IMG/VR virus record: IMGVR_UViG_2636416019_000001
Span: 2,400-66,399 of that record
Source of the DNA: a virus
Taxonomy: Duplodnaviria > Caudoviricetes
Direction: 5' to 3' (one strand)
DNA length: 64,000 bases
Position numbers and translations under genes: made by a program. The first letter of the stretch is position 1; each line of letters begins with the position of its first letter. The notes under the pieces are model-generated. The model saw nothing but the letters and a program-made list of their open reading frames with translations, had not been told where the DNA came from and ran no database searches. Positions 1-9,949 of this stretch are shown here, in pieces.

Positions 1-470
1 TGATGCCTAGGACGGGCTTCGAGTAGTTCAGGCGATGATGGTCATACCAGTCGTCGCGCTGCGCCTTGGTCCAGTAGATGACGACCTCGTCTCTGATCTG
101 CGCCTTGATGTCATCAATGCCGCGATGACGATAGATATAGTCATCCGCGACTTCATCGGACATGGTGCTGCCAAACTGACCTAGTGTGATCATGCTGATC
201 GGAAGATCCTTTGATGGCGGCAACTTCTGCGCCTCTTCGCCACCGTGACCTCGGACATAAACTCTGTAGATTGTCATTGGGTAATCCTTTGGTTGAACAA
301 CTTCCTTGAACGGTTAGGTGTAGCACAGGCGTAGCTTTTCGCAAGAAGCTGAGGAAACAGAGAGTCGAATAAGAGGATGGCTACGTTTATCTGGAAAGGT
401 GCCAGGCGTTTTGGGGCTTGGAGCAGGGGGGCTGTAAATAAAACAGTCCCCCTTTTCGATCTATTCCGTA

Positions 471-821
471 TTAAACGGGAGTGAACGTTACCGTCGTACT
501 TCCAGAGTTATCGCGGACAGTGTAATGATCTACGATAAAAACATAAACCGGATAGTCACCGTCAACTTTAATTACCGTTCCTTCCGACGTGTTAACCGTA
601 TAGAACCATTTTTCATAGTTTCCATCCTTGGACGGAGTTGTACTGAAAAGAATGACCTGTTGTACATAAAGGCCCGCCCTAAATTGCATCGTATCTTCCG
701 ATAGCGTGACTGCGTACTTACCGGTCGCCAGATTTACCGGTATCGCCCCGCTGCCACTTTCTGAAAGATTCGTCAGATTTATTGCAGAAATCGCATCTAA
801 CGTAATTTTAGTAGTAGACAT
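471..821 (-). CDS. hypothetical small beta-rich protein (C-terminal DNSG motif, possibly lectin-like)
   Basis: 116-aa ORF in AT-rich DNA with AAGGAAG upstream; ends D-HYTVR-DNSGSTTVTF. Confidence 0.7.
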   Translation of the reverse strand: MSTTKITLDAISAINLTNLSESGSGAIPVNLATGKYAVTLSEDTMQFRAGLYVQQVILFSTTPSKDGNYEKWFYTVNTSEGTVIKVDGDYPVYVFIVDHYTVRDNSGSTTVTFTPV

Positions 822-1500
822 GTTGTTGACTTCCTTGTTCGACCGAAATTGGTCAAAATTAGTATAGTCGGGCTTCTATTTTTGGAAGCCTCGTTTCTTC
901 AATTTCTTCGACCATTTCCGAGAGCTCTTTGTCGGATAGCAGGCCACACCAGTGCTGGCCTTACGTCCCGGCTTTTCAAAGCTCGCAACGACGGCTCAGA
1001 GGGCGGCGTGGTATCGGGGTGCAATTTAGGGTAAAGCCGGAATCTGTAAGCGCCGGGATACGCCTAGCCCAATGGTATAAGGGGATTCGGTTGATAGTGA
1101 GGAAGGCGGGTAGGGCTAGCAATGTGATCGTGCGTACCTGCGGTGTTTACTAGCTTTAGACTAGTGATGTGCACGTATAGCTGTGGCTTTGATTGGTACA
1201 AAATTGGTACATGGGGCTTTTGGTTGGTCTGCGGTCCTTTATTCTTGAGGGCCTTAAGAAAAATGTGTCCAATTCATCATTGGATCGATTTGAACTGGTT
1301 CGTCTCTTGGCGCGGGGGTTGAGCTAGGTGCTTGTAGGGCGGCGGCTGTCACTGGGTTCTAAGCCGCTAGGAGCGCCTACGAAATCAGTTCCGCAATCAA
1401 AACCATGACCCGTGTAGGCCGTGGGTCCCAGCCTTTCTAAAGAATGGTGCTTGCGGAACGGATGTCTCATTAACTTATTGAAAATATTGAGATTTTATCT

Positions 1501-1547
1501 GGATTGCAAATCCGCCTACGCCGGTTCGATTCCGACCTCGGCCTCCA
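1501..1547 (+). repeat. 3' part of tRNA-Cys(GCA): attR-type duplication of an element integrated at tRNA-Cys left of the window
   Basis: GGATTGCAAATCCGCCTACGCCGGTTCGATTCCGACCTCGGCCTCCA gives anticodon arm (GCA), T arm and CCA; the 5' half is absent. Confidence 0.85.
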
Positions 1548-1552
1548 AACTG

Positions 1553-1587
1553 AAAACCCCGTAGATCAACGATCTACGGGGTTTTTT
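1553..1587 (+). terminator. intrinsic terminator after the tRNA-Cys 3' end
   Basis: AAAACCCCGTAGATC-AAC-GATCTACGGGGTTTTTT hairpin with T tract. Confidence 0.85.
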
Positions 1588-2038
1588 ATTGGCTGTAGGG
1601 AAGCAGGTGTTCCATCGCTTTTAATGGGGGGCAGGGCTCCGTGGTGCTTGGTCCTCCCAGAAATCTCTTGGGCGAGTTCATCGGGGCTATTTTGTGGCCT
1701 GCTATCTCCAGCAAAATGCGCAATCCCTTATCCGTCCTCCCGTGATGAGTAGGTCCAACCCGTTGTACCAATGTACCAGCTGTCTCCGGCGTCCGTGGCG
1801 TGGTTCATGGGGCTGCACGCACCTGGCGTGTCCGGCCGGATGCTCAACGAAATAGCAGAAATACTGACGATGGCGATCAAGGACTGATTGCTCTGTTGCG
1901 TATCAGGCGTTATCGCAAAGAAGCTTCCAGAGGCAAGTAGTGAAGTGCTTTTGTTTAGATGTATTGAGACATAGAGCTCAACTTAATATGAGGGCGTCTG
2001 GTGGTCGCTAGTCGGATGAGTGGTTTACTTTTTTACGG

Positions 2039-2073
2039 AAATGGCCAGCATCTTGTACGATACTGGCCATTTT
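2039..2073. terminator. probable terminator of the 2097-2393 gene
   Basis: AAATGGCCAG...CTGGCCATTTT inverted repeat just past the stop codon. Confidence 0.6.
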
Positions 2074-2096
2074 ATACACGCGCTTACTGCTAGGTA

Positions 2097-2393
2097 TTAC
2101 GCATTTGCCACTTTTCTCTTCCCGGCCGCAGCGACTGGGTTAAGAGTTCGGCCGTGATCCTTCACGAGGTTGTCTTCGATGACAATTACACTGTTGCAGG
2201 AGACGTAGTATTCAGTTGTTTGGGACTTATCCTGTATGGCCATCAAGTAACCCCTTGGGTCACTACGTTTCCAGGTGTCACCGTTGCCTTGCTCTAATGG
2301 GTAGTAAGCGTCACTGCCGTCTTTCTCCCATGTGCTGATTGCCACGTTAACTACTGTGCTTGCCCCGTTTGTGACTGTGATGCTCATCTTCAT
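2097..2393 (-). CDS. hypothetical small protein
   Basis: 98-aa ORF with AAGGAA RBS and downstream terminator. Confidence 0.75.
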   Translation of the reverse strand: MKMSITVTNGASTVVNVAISTWEKDGSDAYYPLEQGNGDTWKRSDPRGYLMAIQDKSQTTEYYVSCNSVIVIEDNLVKDHGRTLNPVAAAGKRKVANA

Positions 2394-3130
2394 ATTCCTT
2401 TTTGATTGTACATTCCATGAGTTGGCTCCCTATTCAAAATCAAGTTGCAGACTTGCCACTGCTACGGGAAATCAGTAGTTAGGTTAACTCATTGAAGATG
2501 TCGTGGAGTATTGATGGCAAAGGCGATTGATATCGGCGTCAAGGGTAGTGTCAGTTTCTTGAGCTGATATATTTCGTTTCCTCCTTCGATCATAGATAGG
2601 AATACAGTCAAGCCTGTAAACAGGTAAAAGCAAGGTACCCCCACCTTTATAAAGTGACGGTTCCGACGAGTGGTTGAATTAGTATCAGAGTCAATTATTT
2701 TTGCTGTTTTATCAATGTTCGCTCATGTGGGTTCTGCATCGAGATTTTCAATCTGGGGTAAAGGTGCTCCAACGGCGCGAAGGTCTGGCTATCGAACCCG
2801 ACAGATGACATGCGCTTGCTCGCCGAGGCGGCGGTCATTCGTTGCGCTTGGGCATATCTTCCAGCTGTGTTTTACAACGCTAAGATCATGCGGCTGATCC
2901 GTCTTGCCCTGGCCAACGGTTCCTGCCGCATGTGCGAATCAATGGAGTCCCATCCACCGCCTCGCTATCGCTGCCTGCTCAAGAGACTGGCTTGGCGGTT
3001 AAGGAAAGTGCCGCTCTCTGTCCGCCGACTTGGATAAGTAGCATCGCCAGCCCTGCCTCGAATGCTTCTGTCGATACGCTGGCCCGTCCGATTACCAGGC
3101 AGCCTTCCAGCACGACCAGGGTGCTCAAGG

Positions 3131-3325
3131 CACAACCGCTTCATCATGGCACCCTTGACCAGGTCGTTCTCGCCTGGTGGCGCCGCCACGGCACAGGTGG
3201 CGGCCTACTATCGTCGCCGCGCCGAGGGGGAGGTCGGCCTCATCATTTCGTAAGGGGCTGGCATTGCACGCCCGGCCGGCCGAACGATCCGAACGTTCCG
3301 CGTTTTCATGGCGAGCAGGCCGCGA
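3131..3325 (+). pseudogene. NADH:flavin oxidoreductase (old yellow enzyme family) N-terminal fragment
   Basis: HNRFIMAPLTRSFSPGG..VAAYYRRRAEGEVGLIIS then an in-frame TAA where E of SEG is expected; continues in another frame as NDPNVPRFHGEQA. Confidence 0.8.
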
Positions 3326-4137
3326 GTTCGGCGTGGATGATCTCCTCCATTGGATGGATGGCACCGTGGTGGATTTCGATACCCGATGACACAAGAAGGT
3401 GTAGACAAAATCGGCGCTAAGACGGCGTAGCCACAGGCGTGCTTCGCCCAGCTTCTTCAAGCCGTTCAGGTTTCTTCAGAATTGTCTTCGAGACATGCGC
3501 GACCGCTCTGGATAGAGTGGTCCCGCTTGCCCGGCCAGGTGTGTTTACGATGGATTGCTGAACGGCCAACAGCTGGTCAGGGTGGGCGCCAATTTATCAG
3601 GCATTACGCCTGGTGATCTTGTGGCACCTTTGAATAATCCCTCGTTGAAAAACTCCGGAAGAGCGATGCGGCTCTGTCTGTTTATTGCCCTTGCGTTTAG
3701 CTGATCGCGCCTTCGCAGTTTGGCCTTTGGCCTGCCTCTTCGACTTCGCTGGCTCATGGGGTTAGTGGCTTCGCGATCCCTACGCTGGCTGGGCAAATCT
3801 GCCTTCGCCTATTCGGCAAGCTGCAAGCCTTTTAAAATCAGATGGTTACGCTGTTTTTGCTGTGCTAACCTATTGAAATATCTGGTTTTATCAGTGGAAT
3901 GCGGTTCTATCTGCGCCGGTTCGGTTCTGGCTGTTGCTCCCACTTATAAAAATAGCTCTGTAGATCGATGATTTACGGAGCCTTTTTGTTTTTTGGCCGC
4001 ACTCGACATCCAGTCTTGAATTTGACGCCAACGAACTTGCTTCAAGGGTAGGGGATGTATATATTTCACCCCCTTGTCGCAAGGCGCTGAAACGGCTCAA
4101 GCAATTCAAGCCTTTCAGATTGCAACACCGCGCTACC

Positions 4138-4224
4138 GCCCGAATGGCGAAACTGGTAGACGCATGGGACTTAAAATCCCCCGCTCGTAAGGGCGTGCCG
4201 GTTCGATTCCGGCTTCGGGCACCA
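4138..4224 (+). tRNA. tRNA-Leu(UAA)
   Basis: GCCCGAA...TTCGGGC-ACCA acceptor stem, GGGA-CTTAAAA-TCCC anticodon arm, long variable arm, GTTCGATT T loop. Confidence 0.97.
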
Positions 4225-4227
4225 TCT
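4166..4227 (+). repeat. attL core (62 bp, 3' part of tRNA-Leu)
   Basis: GGGACTTAAAATCC...GGGCACCATCT identical to 60560-60621. Confidence 0.95.
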
Positions 4228-4275
4228 ATTTCAAGGGTTTGCGGCCTATAAAGCCGCAAGCACGCAACAAGTGAA

Positions 4276-4304
4276 TTGCCGCAATCCTAGATTGTTGCCG
4301 CAAT
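4276..4304 (+). promoter_or_regulatory. integrase arm-type sites
   Basis: TTGCCGCAAT at 4276 and 4295; same motif near attR at 60449 and inverted at about 60509-60518. Confidence 0.7.
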
Positions 4305-5330
4305 TCACTTGGTTGGCGAAACCTTCTTCCCCCTTCGATTCCTGATGTAATGCTCCGTCATGACAACCGTTGTGTGGCCGAGCTGGTCGCGGGCCTGGAC
4401 GATATCGCTTGACTCCTCTTTGTCTGTGCCAGCCTTGGCCCGCAGATCCCTCATCTGGAATTCAGGCTTGGCCACTCCAGCGGCTTCTCTGGCCAGGTCA
4501 AACCTTCTCCGCAACATTGCCGTCGTCATCGGCGTGCCATCTTCCAAAACGATCAGCCGCGTCGAGCGGACCTTGTGGGAAGCCTTTCTCGCCAGGATTC
4601 GATCAAGAACTACTTTCAACTCTCCCGTGATCTCGATGCGTCGTTTAGCTTTTGTCTTCCCTTGCTGAACAGAGAGACGGCCTTCGCGGATATCTCGCTC
4701 GTCCATTTTTAGAGTGTCGGCGATGCGCTGGCCAGTCAGATAAAACAAGTCCAAAGCATCCTGCAGGCCTACATCTGCCTTGTCGTACACTCGCTTAAGA
4801 AGCTCGTCCTCAACGTAGGTGTCTCGACCTGTCTCCTTGTTCCCCTTGATTCCAGAACAGGGGTTTGCCAGAGCCGTGTAGCCTTTGTCGCGCGCGTAGT
4901 TCCAAATGGCACTGAGGAGGGCTTTTTCTCGGTTGGCACGAACTGGCGCCGAGGATCGCCAGGTCAAATACTGCCTGATGTGTATGGGCTCGATGTTGTC
5001 GAGCGGCCCAGGAGGATCATCGAAGAAGGCAAGTAGGTTCTTCATTTCCCTGAGATTGTCCTTCTGGGTGTTTGAACCCTTGGTCGGAACAACCTCTACA
5101 AGGTATTTCTCGGCGACGTAGCGGAAGGTGATGACCTTCGCTGCGGCTGCAGTCGCGGTACGGTCGCGCTCCAGGCGCGCGTACTCCATGATCGCAACGC
5201 CGTAGTCCTTTCCCAGGTAGATCTCTTTGCGTGGCTTGCCTCCAAGGTCATATGTGAAGTACACCAGCTTGCCGCGCTTCCTTTCCCTTAGCCGGGATAT
5301 GCTCCCGGGCTTTGTCGGTCTACGTCCCAT
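4305..5330 (-). CDS. int: tyrosine recombinase (prophage integrase)
   Basis: 341 aa; LTGQR, RDLRAK, LGH and Y (MTEHY) catalytic motifs; adjacent to attL. Confidence 0.95.
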   Translation of the reverse strand: MGRRPTKPGSISRLRERKRGKLVYFTYDLGGKPRKEIYLGKDYGVAIMEYARLERDRTATAAAAKVITFRYVAEKYLVEVVPTKGSNTQKDNLREMKNLLAFFDDPPGPLDNIEPIHIRQYLTWRSSAPVRANREKALLSAIWNYARDKGYTALANPCSGIKGNKETGRDTYVEDELLKRVYDKADVGLQDALDLFYLTGQRIADTLKMDERDIREGRLSVQQGKTKAKRRIEITGELKVVLDRILARKASHKVRSTRLIVLEDGTPMTTAMLRRRFDLAREAAGVAKPEFQMRDLRAKAGTDKEESSDIVQARDQLGHTTVVMTEHYIRNRRGKKVSPTK

Positions 5331-5549
5331 TTATCCCGCCTTGCGTGGCTTCCAGGTTAGCTTTTCTTTCGGGTCTACTGGGCCGCCGATAAGAGCCGCC
5401 GAGATTACACATGGCCAGCCACTGCGCTTGATGGTGTGGCGGATTCCATTTCGAACGAGAACTGCGATCTGTCCGGCCTTCGTCCTTGCTCCAGTCAGTT
5501 GGCACACATCCTCGTGTGATAAAAATTCGATTGTCATAAATTGCTCCAT
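5331..5549 (-). CDS. DUF4224-type excisionase-like DNA-binding protein
   Basis: FLSHEDVCQLTG...Q...L..NGI motif; directly upstream of int. Confidence 0.75.
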   Translation of the reverse strand: MEQFMTIEFLSHEDVCQLTGARTKAGQIAVLVRNGIRHTIKRSGWPCVISAALIGGPVDPKEKLTWKPRKAG

Positions 5550-5686
5550 GCCGCGCGTGGCGCATAGGTGAGGAGATAAGCGAGGGCACCGTCTGTCAGT
5601 GGCGCAGAGCCTGAGCTTGATGGCAGGCTGCCATGGACTAGAGTTTTCAGTGCTGTAAGGAAGTTCACCTCATAAGGAGATGAGTC

Positions 5687-6073
5687 ATGCTTGATGAACA
5701 AGATTCGATTGATCCGCGCGAATCCTTTACTGCTGCAGTGCAAGCAGATCTGGATGGATTCACTTTCTTAGGCAACGGTCGTTGCGAAATCAAAAACAGT
5801 GAAGGTGAGAGGGCAGGCGCCAACTTCGTTGAGTCTGCAATTCAGCAGTACAAATCCTTCAAGCTGGTTTCGGCTGCCGGGTCGGGAACCTTCATGGTTC
5901 GACTGGATTACGCCGGCGGTTCCGACAAGAACCTTCACTACGTTGATGTGACACCCAACGCTTCCTCTGAGTCGTTTAACATCCGTTCTGTTTCGATGAA
6001 CAACCTCAGAGGTCTTTTCCCAGCCGGCAAGAGTTCGACCAATCTGAACTTTGCTGTTTATGGTCGGCCTTGA
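5687..6073 (+). CDS. hypothetical protein (antisense moron)
   Basis: 128 aa, TAAGGAG RBS, own hairpin CTCCGACTGA-ATTC-TCAGTCGGAG-TTTT at about 6098-6125. Confidence 0.8.
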   Translation: MLDEQDSIDPRESFTAAVQADLDGFTFLGNGRCEIKNSEGERAGANFVESAIQQYKSFKLVSAAGSGTFMVRLDYAGGSDKNLHYVDVTPNASSESFNIRSVSMNNLRGLFPAGKSSTNLNFAVYGRP

Positions 6074-6138
6074 TTTAGCTGGATAGTAGGCCCAGAGCTC
6101 CGACTGAATTCTCAGTCGGAGTTTTCATTTGTCGTGGC

Positions 6139-6255
6139 TCAGATCATCCGGGCCATGGTGTAAATCTTGGTGGTGCCCAGCCCAACCAGCTTCTTGACTT
6201 CTGGCAGGCGGATGTACTCGATTACTTCTGGCTCGGTGTTGCATTCGGTGTTCAT
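6139..6255 (-). pseudogene. truncated AlpA-family regulator/recombination directionality factor
   Basis: translated by hand: MNTECNTEPEVIEYIRLPEVKKLVGLGTTKIYTMARMI*; AlpA N-terminus with the C-terminal part missing. Confidence 0.7.
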
Positions 6256-6534
6256 GGGGATTCCTTGCCCGCCAACGGCAGACCTTCAGGTTTATTCAGA
6301 ATTGTGTTCGGGACAGTTGTCGCGACAGTTTGTAGAGTTGCGCCGCTCGACCGGCTCAGCGCACTTGTAAAGGGGCGAATGCGCTGGCCGGGACGAGCGC
6401 CAATTCAGATTTCGGGCGTGGGCATTTTGGAAAGCTCTGATGGTTGCCGGCGTTGCGCGCGGCTATCGTTGAGTCGTTCGCCCGGCCCGTTGTCCTGGCT
6501 ATCCGTCGACTGCAACACGGGCTGTGGCGAACTC

Positions 6535-6927
6535 CTATTGCGTGGTCAGCTCGCTGGGCACTTCGAAGAAGCCGAGCCGGCCCTTGAACGGGATGAATGG
6601 CAGCGGCTTCGGATCGCGCAGCAGGAATCCCTTCTGCCCCATGTACCAGGGCGAGTCGCTGGTATCGAGGCTATCGACCAGCTCAACCGAGCCGATGATG
6701 CCGCCCAGTAGAAGCTCGTTGATCGTCGGAACTTCCGCCGGGTGATTGATCAATCCCGCCTGTATGGCAAACGAAACCGCCTCGGTCCATTGCTTGCGCG
6801 TGCAGCCCGCCGAGGCGTGAACCAGGAACTGGCCGCGATGCTTCGTGTGCCAGCTGCGGTTTTCAATGTCCTTGCCGCCGTGAATGATCAGCCAGGCCCA
6901 GGGCTGGCGGATTGAGAGAGCTTTCAT
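6535..6927 (-). CDS. ASCH domain protein
   Basis: ALSIRQPWAWLII.GGKDIENRSW..GRLGFF signature. Confidence 0.9.
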   Translation of the reverse strand: MKALSIRQPWAWLIIHGGKDIENRSWHTKHRGQFLVHASAGCTRKQWTEAVSFAIQAGLINHPAEVPTINELLLGGIIGSVELVDSLDTSDSPWYMGQKGFLLRDPKPLPFIPFKGRLGFFEVPSELTTQ

Positions 6928-7235
6928 GGCTTCACCTTCAGGCCCTGGGCCTCGATAGCCTTCACGCAGGAATCGCGCATCCGGACTGCGGCGTGATAGG
7001 CGTCCATGTGGCTGTCGTCGATGGCGAACTCAGGCTCTTCCGGCTCGACTGGCACTGGCGGAAGTTCCACCACCACGACCTGACGGGAGGCCTGCCAAGC
7101 CCACCACGCCATGTGAACGTTGAACAGGTTTTGTTTGATCATGTGGAGCGCCGAGTCGCGGAATCCCTCTCCGCACAGCCGAACCTCCTCTTCGACGAAA
7201 GCAGCTTCGAATTGCTCGCGCATCTTGTCGTTCAT
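6924..7235 (-). CDS. phage hypothetical protein
   Basis: MNDKMREQFEA..AWWAWQASR motif common in phage early genes; stop overlaps the ASCH start. Confidence 0.7.
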   Translation of the reverse strand: MNDKMREQFEAAFVEEEVRLCGEGFRDSALHMIKQNLFNVHMAWWAWQASRQVVVVELPPVPVEPEEPEFAIDDSHMDAYHAAVRMRDSCVKAIEAQGLKVKP

Positions 7236-7506
7236 CGCTTCGGCCCTCGGTAGATGTTCCAGCCGATGAACAGCAGTGCGGGGAGGGAGAGCATGATCAT
7301 GGCTGGACCTCCACGTCGATATGCTGGATGTCTTCGATATCGCCCAGGTCTTCCTCGTCGATCTGGCCTCCAGCGAGGTCGGGGAGCCGCTGCAGTTGTT
7401 CGATCTCGTCCTCGTCCATGTCGTCCATGACCTTGCGGAAGCCTGTGGCGCGGAACGCAATAAACATGAGGTGATACGATGGGCCTTCACTGAACTGGGA
7501 AGGCCC

Positions 7507-7737
7507 ATGACAAAGCACGATATCTATGACGAGCTGGAAGGATTTCAGCTCTGGAACTACATGGAGTGCGAGAAAGACGAGGAAGGTCGGGAGACCTGGC
7601 GGATCAACGTCGAGGTGAAGCGGGGCGGGGAAGTGGTGGTGCCGGTTGTTGCTGGCGATCGCACATTCCCCGACCGGGGCCTGGCCCAGGTCGCAGGCCG
7701 GGAGCTGGGGGCGAAGTTGCTGGCCGAGCGCGGTTAA
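7507..7737 (+). CDS. hypothetical protein (antisense moron)
   Basis: MTKHDIYDELEGF..., GGAAGG upstream; converges on the MTase stop. Confidence 0.65.
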   Translation: MTKHDIYDELEGFQLWNYMECEKDEEGRETWRINVEVKRGGEVVVPVVAGDRTFPDRGLAQVAGRELGAKLLAERG

Positions 7738-9896
7738 GCTGCTCGGGACTGCTGTTCAGCCACGCGCCACGGATCATTGGCCCTGGCCAGTGCCGCCATC
7801 GGCGGCGGGCTGACGCTATTGCCGCACATGTGCACCTGCTGGGTTTTGGTGAACGGCTTGCCGTCGGCGCCGCGGTCGATGATGTAGTCGGCCGGGAAAC
7901 CCTGGGCCTTGTAGAGTTCCGACGGCTGCAGCATCCGCAGGCAGATATCGACGATCACGTAAGGAGTACCCCTGATGGTCACGGTGACCAGGCCCAGGCG
8001 GTCCTTGGTGGTGATGGTCGGCGCTGGTGCGTCGGCTCCGCTGATGTTCTCGGTTCCGTAGTAACTGATCAGGAAAGCGGCGACACGCAGGGCACCTGCC
8101 TCGACCTCTGGCGAGAGCTGCAGCTCTACCAGCGAGCTTTTGCCGCCGCCTCCCGCCGTGATGGTGGGGGCTGGCTCGTCCACGGCCTGGCCGACACTAG
8201 CGCCAAACTGGCGCTCCATGAAGGCTGTCATCAAACCGTGGTGGGTGCCGCCTGCGCTGATAGTGTGAAGCGGGTCGCCTGCGTCTCGCGCATCGCAGTG
8301 GCCGCGCAGGTGCACCAGGTTTGCCGTCACCAGCTGCTGCTGGCTCCCGGTGTTGGTCACGGTGGTCATCGGGTCCTCGATGCTCTTGGCGGCGGTGGTG
8401 TTGAAGCCGCCATTCATCTGGGCCATGAACACCGTGGATATGCCCATTGCGTGGGCGGCTCCGGCAGGGCGCTGGTAGTTCCCGCCGCTGGTAATGGTAG
8501 GCAGCGGCTCGCCGAGTGCCTTTCCTTCGTCTGCAAACCGAAACTTCACCAGGTGCGCCGCAGCGATCGCGCGGTGGTTCTGGGTCATCAGTGTCCCTGC
8601 CGGCTGATCCACGGCGGCTGGCTTGCCGGAATACTCGGGTCCGCCAGCACCGACCAGCACCGCACCAGCGAGGGCATGTTTCACTCCGCCTGCAACGACA
8701 GTGCCCAGGGGCTGGCCAAGGCCTGGCACACGCGGTTCCTGGCCGGTGCGCTCGCCATATCCCGTCTGGATAAGGGTCGGGCTGATCAGCGTCAGCTCGC
8801 CGCGGTTCGCGCAGGTCACGGTCGGTAGCGGCGAGTTCGGATCGTTCACCCGGTCGCTGCCCTGGTGCGTTGCCGGCGCAATGATCGGGCTGGCCATGGC
8901 GAATGATCCGCCACGGGGCCAGGAGGTCACCGTGCGCAGCGGCTCATGCGCTGACTGCACGCTGTCGCCGGACCAGTTCGCAATCGGCACGATGAATGGA
9001 TCGGCGGCATCGAGGACGAATTTTTTCATGCCCTTGGCAATCCGGCGCAGGGTTGCGGGGGCCAGTGGCTTCGGCCTGTCGAAGATGCTTTTGCTCGGGA
9101 TCGTCCAGTCGATGCACTCGGCGGCGGTGCGCCACTTCTTTTGGCCCTTGGCCGGGTTCTTGGCGTGGGTCGGTTCCGGCCACACGATGGGCTGGCCATC
9201 GCACCGGGCGATCATGAACAGGCGTTCACGGCTGGTCGGCGCGCCGTAGTCGCAGGCCTTCAGCACCCGCCATTCAACGGTGTAGCCGAGGCGCTGCAGC
9301 TCGGCGACGAATACGGCCCAGGTCTGGCCGCGGCGTTTCGGGTCGGGCACCAGGAACTGCTGGTGGACCGGCACAACCTCACCCGGCGCCGCTATGTCGC
9401 CGCCTAGCTTCACCACGCGGCCAGTGGCTTTGTCGCGCTTGGCCACCAGCGGCCCCCATTGCAGGATCTGTTTCACGTTCTCCAGGCTGATAACGCGGGG
9501 CTTTTTCTTGCCGGCCCACTTCAGCCCGATCCATGACAGGTTGCGGATCTCCCGTTTGCGCGGCTGGCCGCCGGCGGCCTGGCTGTGGTGGGTGCAGTCT
9601 GGCGACATGTGGAACCAGCCCACGGCCTTGCCGCCGCATTCGGTGTCCGGATCACCATCGAAAACATCGGTAGTGAAGTGCACGGCGCCCGGGTGGTTCA
9701 CAGTGTGCATGCTGATCGCGCTGGGGCTGTGGTTTTTCGCGACATTCACCGCGCGGCCCAGGCCCATCTCCAGGCCGGTACCGGCACCGCCACCACCACA
9801 GAAGAAGTCGACCACAATCTCATCGTCCTGAGTGCTGAAGCCGAGTCCATACTGGGTTTTGAAGTCGAAGGGGTGTTTCTTCTGTTGTGCGGACAT
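7734..9896 (-). CDS. DNA (cytosine-5) methyltransferase with expanded repetitive variable region
   Basis: motif I DFFCGGGG, IV SPDC, VI ENV, VIII RERLF, IX R.L..SELYKAQGFP, X CGNSV. Confidence 0.92.
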   Translation of the reverse strand: MSAQQKKHPFDFKTQYGLGFSTQDDEIVVDFFCGGGGAGTGLEMGLGRAVNVAKNHSPSAISMHTVNHPGAVHFTTDVFDGDPDTECGGKAVGWFHMSPDCTHHSQAAGGQPRKREIRNLSWIGLKWAGKKKPRVISLENVKQILQWGPLVAKRDKATGRVVKLGGDIAAPGEVVPVHQQFLVPDPKRRGQTWAVFVAELQRLGYTVEWRVLKACDYGAPTSRERLFMIARCDGQPIVWPEPTHAKNPAKGQKKWRTAAECIDWTIPSKSIFDRPKPLAPATLRRIAKGMKKFVLDAADPFIVPIANWSGDSVQSAHEPLRTVTSWPRGGSFAMASPIIAPATHQGSDRVNDPNSPLPTVTCANRGELTLISPTLIQTGYGERTGQEPRVPGLGQPLGTVVAGGVKHALAGAVLVGAGGPEYSGKPAAVDQPAGTLMTQNHRAIAAAHLVKFRFADEGKALGEPLPTITSGGNYQRPAGAAHAMGISTVFMAQMNGGFNTTAAKSIEDPMTTVTNTGSQQQLVTANLVHLRGHCDARDAGDPLHTISAGGTHHGLMTAFMERQFGASVGQAVDEPAPTITAGGGGKSSLVELQLSPEVEAGALRVAAFLISYYGTENISGADAPAPTITTKDRLGLVTVTIRGTPYVIVDICLRMLQPSELYKAQGFPADYIIDRGADGKPFTKTQQVHMCGNSVSPPPMAALARANDPWRVAEQQSRAA

Positions 9897-9949
9897 AGAT
9901 GATCCTCGCCGGTATATTGCGGATTCGTAGGGAAGTCGGATGTGATGAA

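Noticed and set aside
1-460. possible transposase/RAYT-associated remnant near the window start
   Set aside because: No recognisable catalytic motif or convincing ORF
3891-4259. 122-aa ORF
   Set aside because: Antisense to tRNA-Leu and its promoter
7566-8828. 420-aa plus-strand ORF (and similar long ORFs at 15090-16196, 38981-40591, 42331-43692, 51459-52931)
   Set aside because: Antisense shadows of well-supported genes in high-GC DNA
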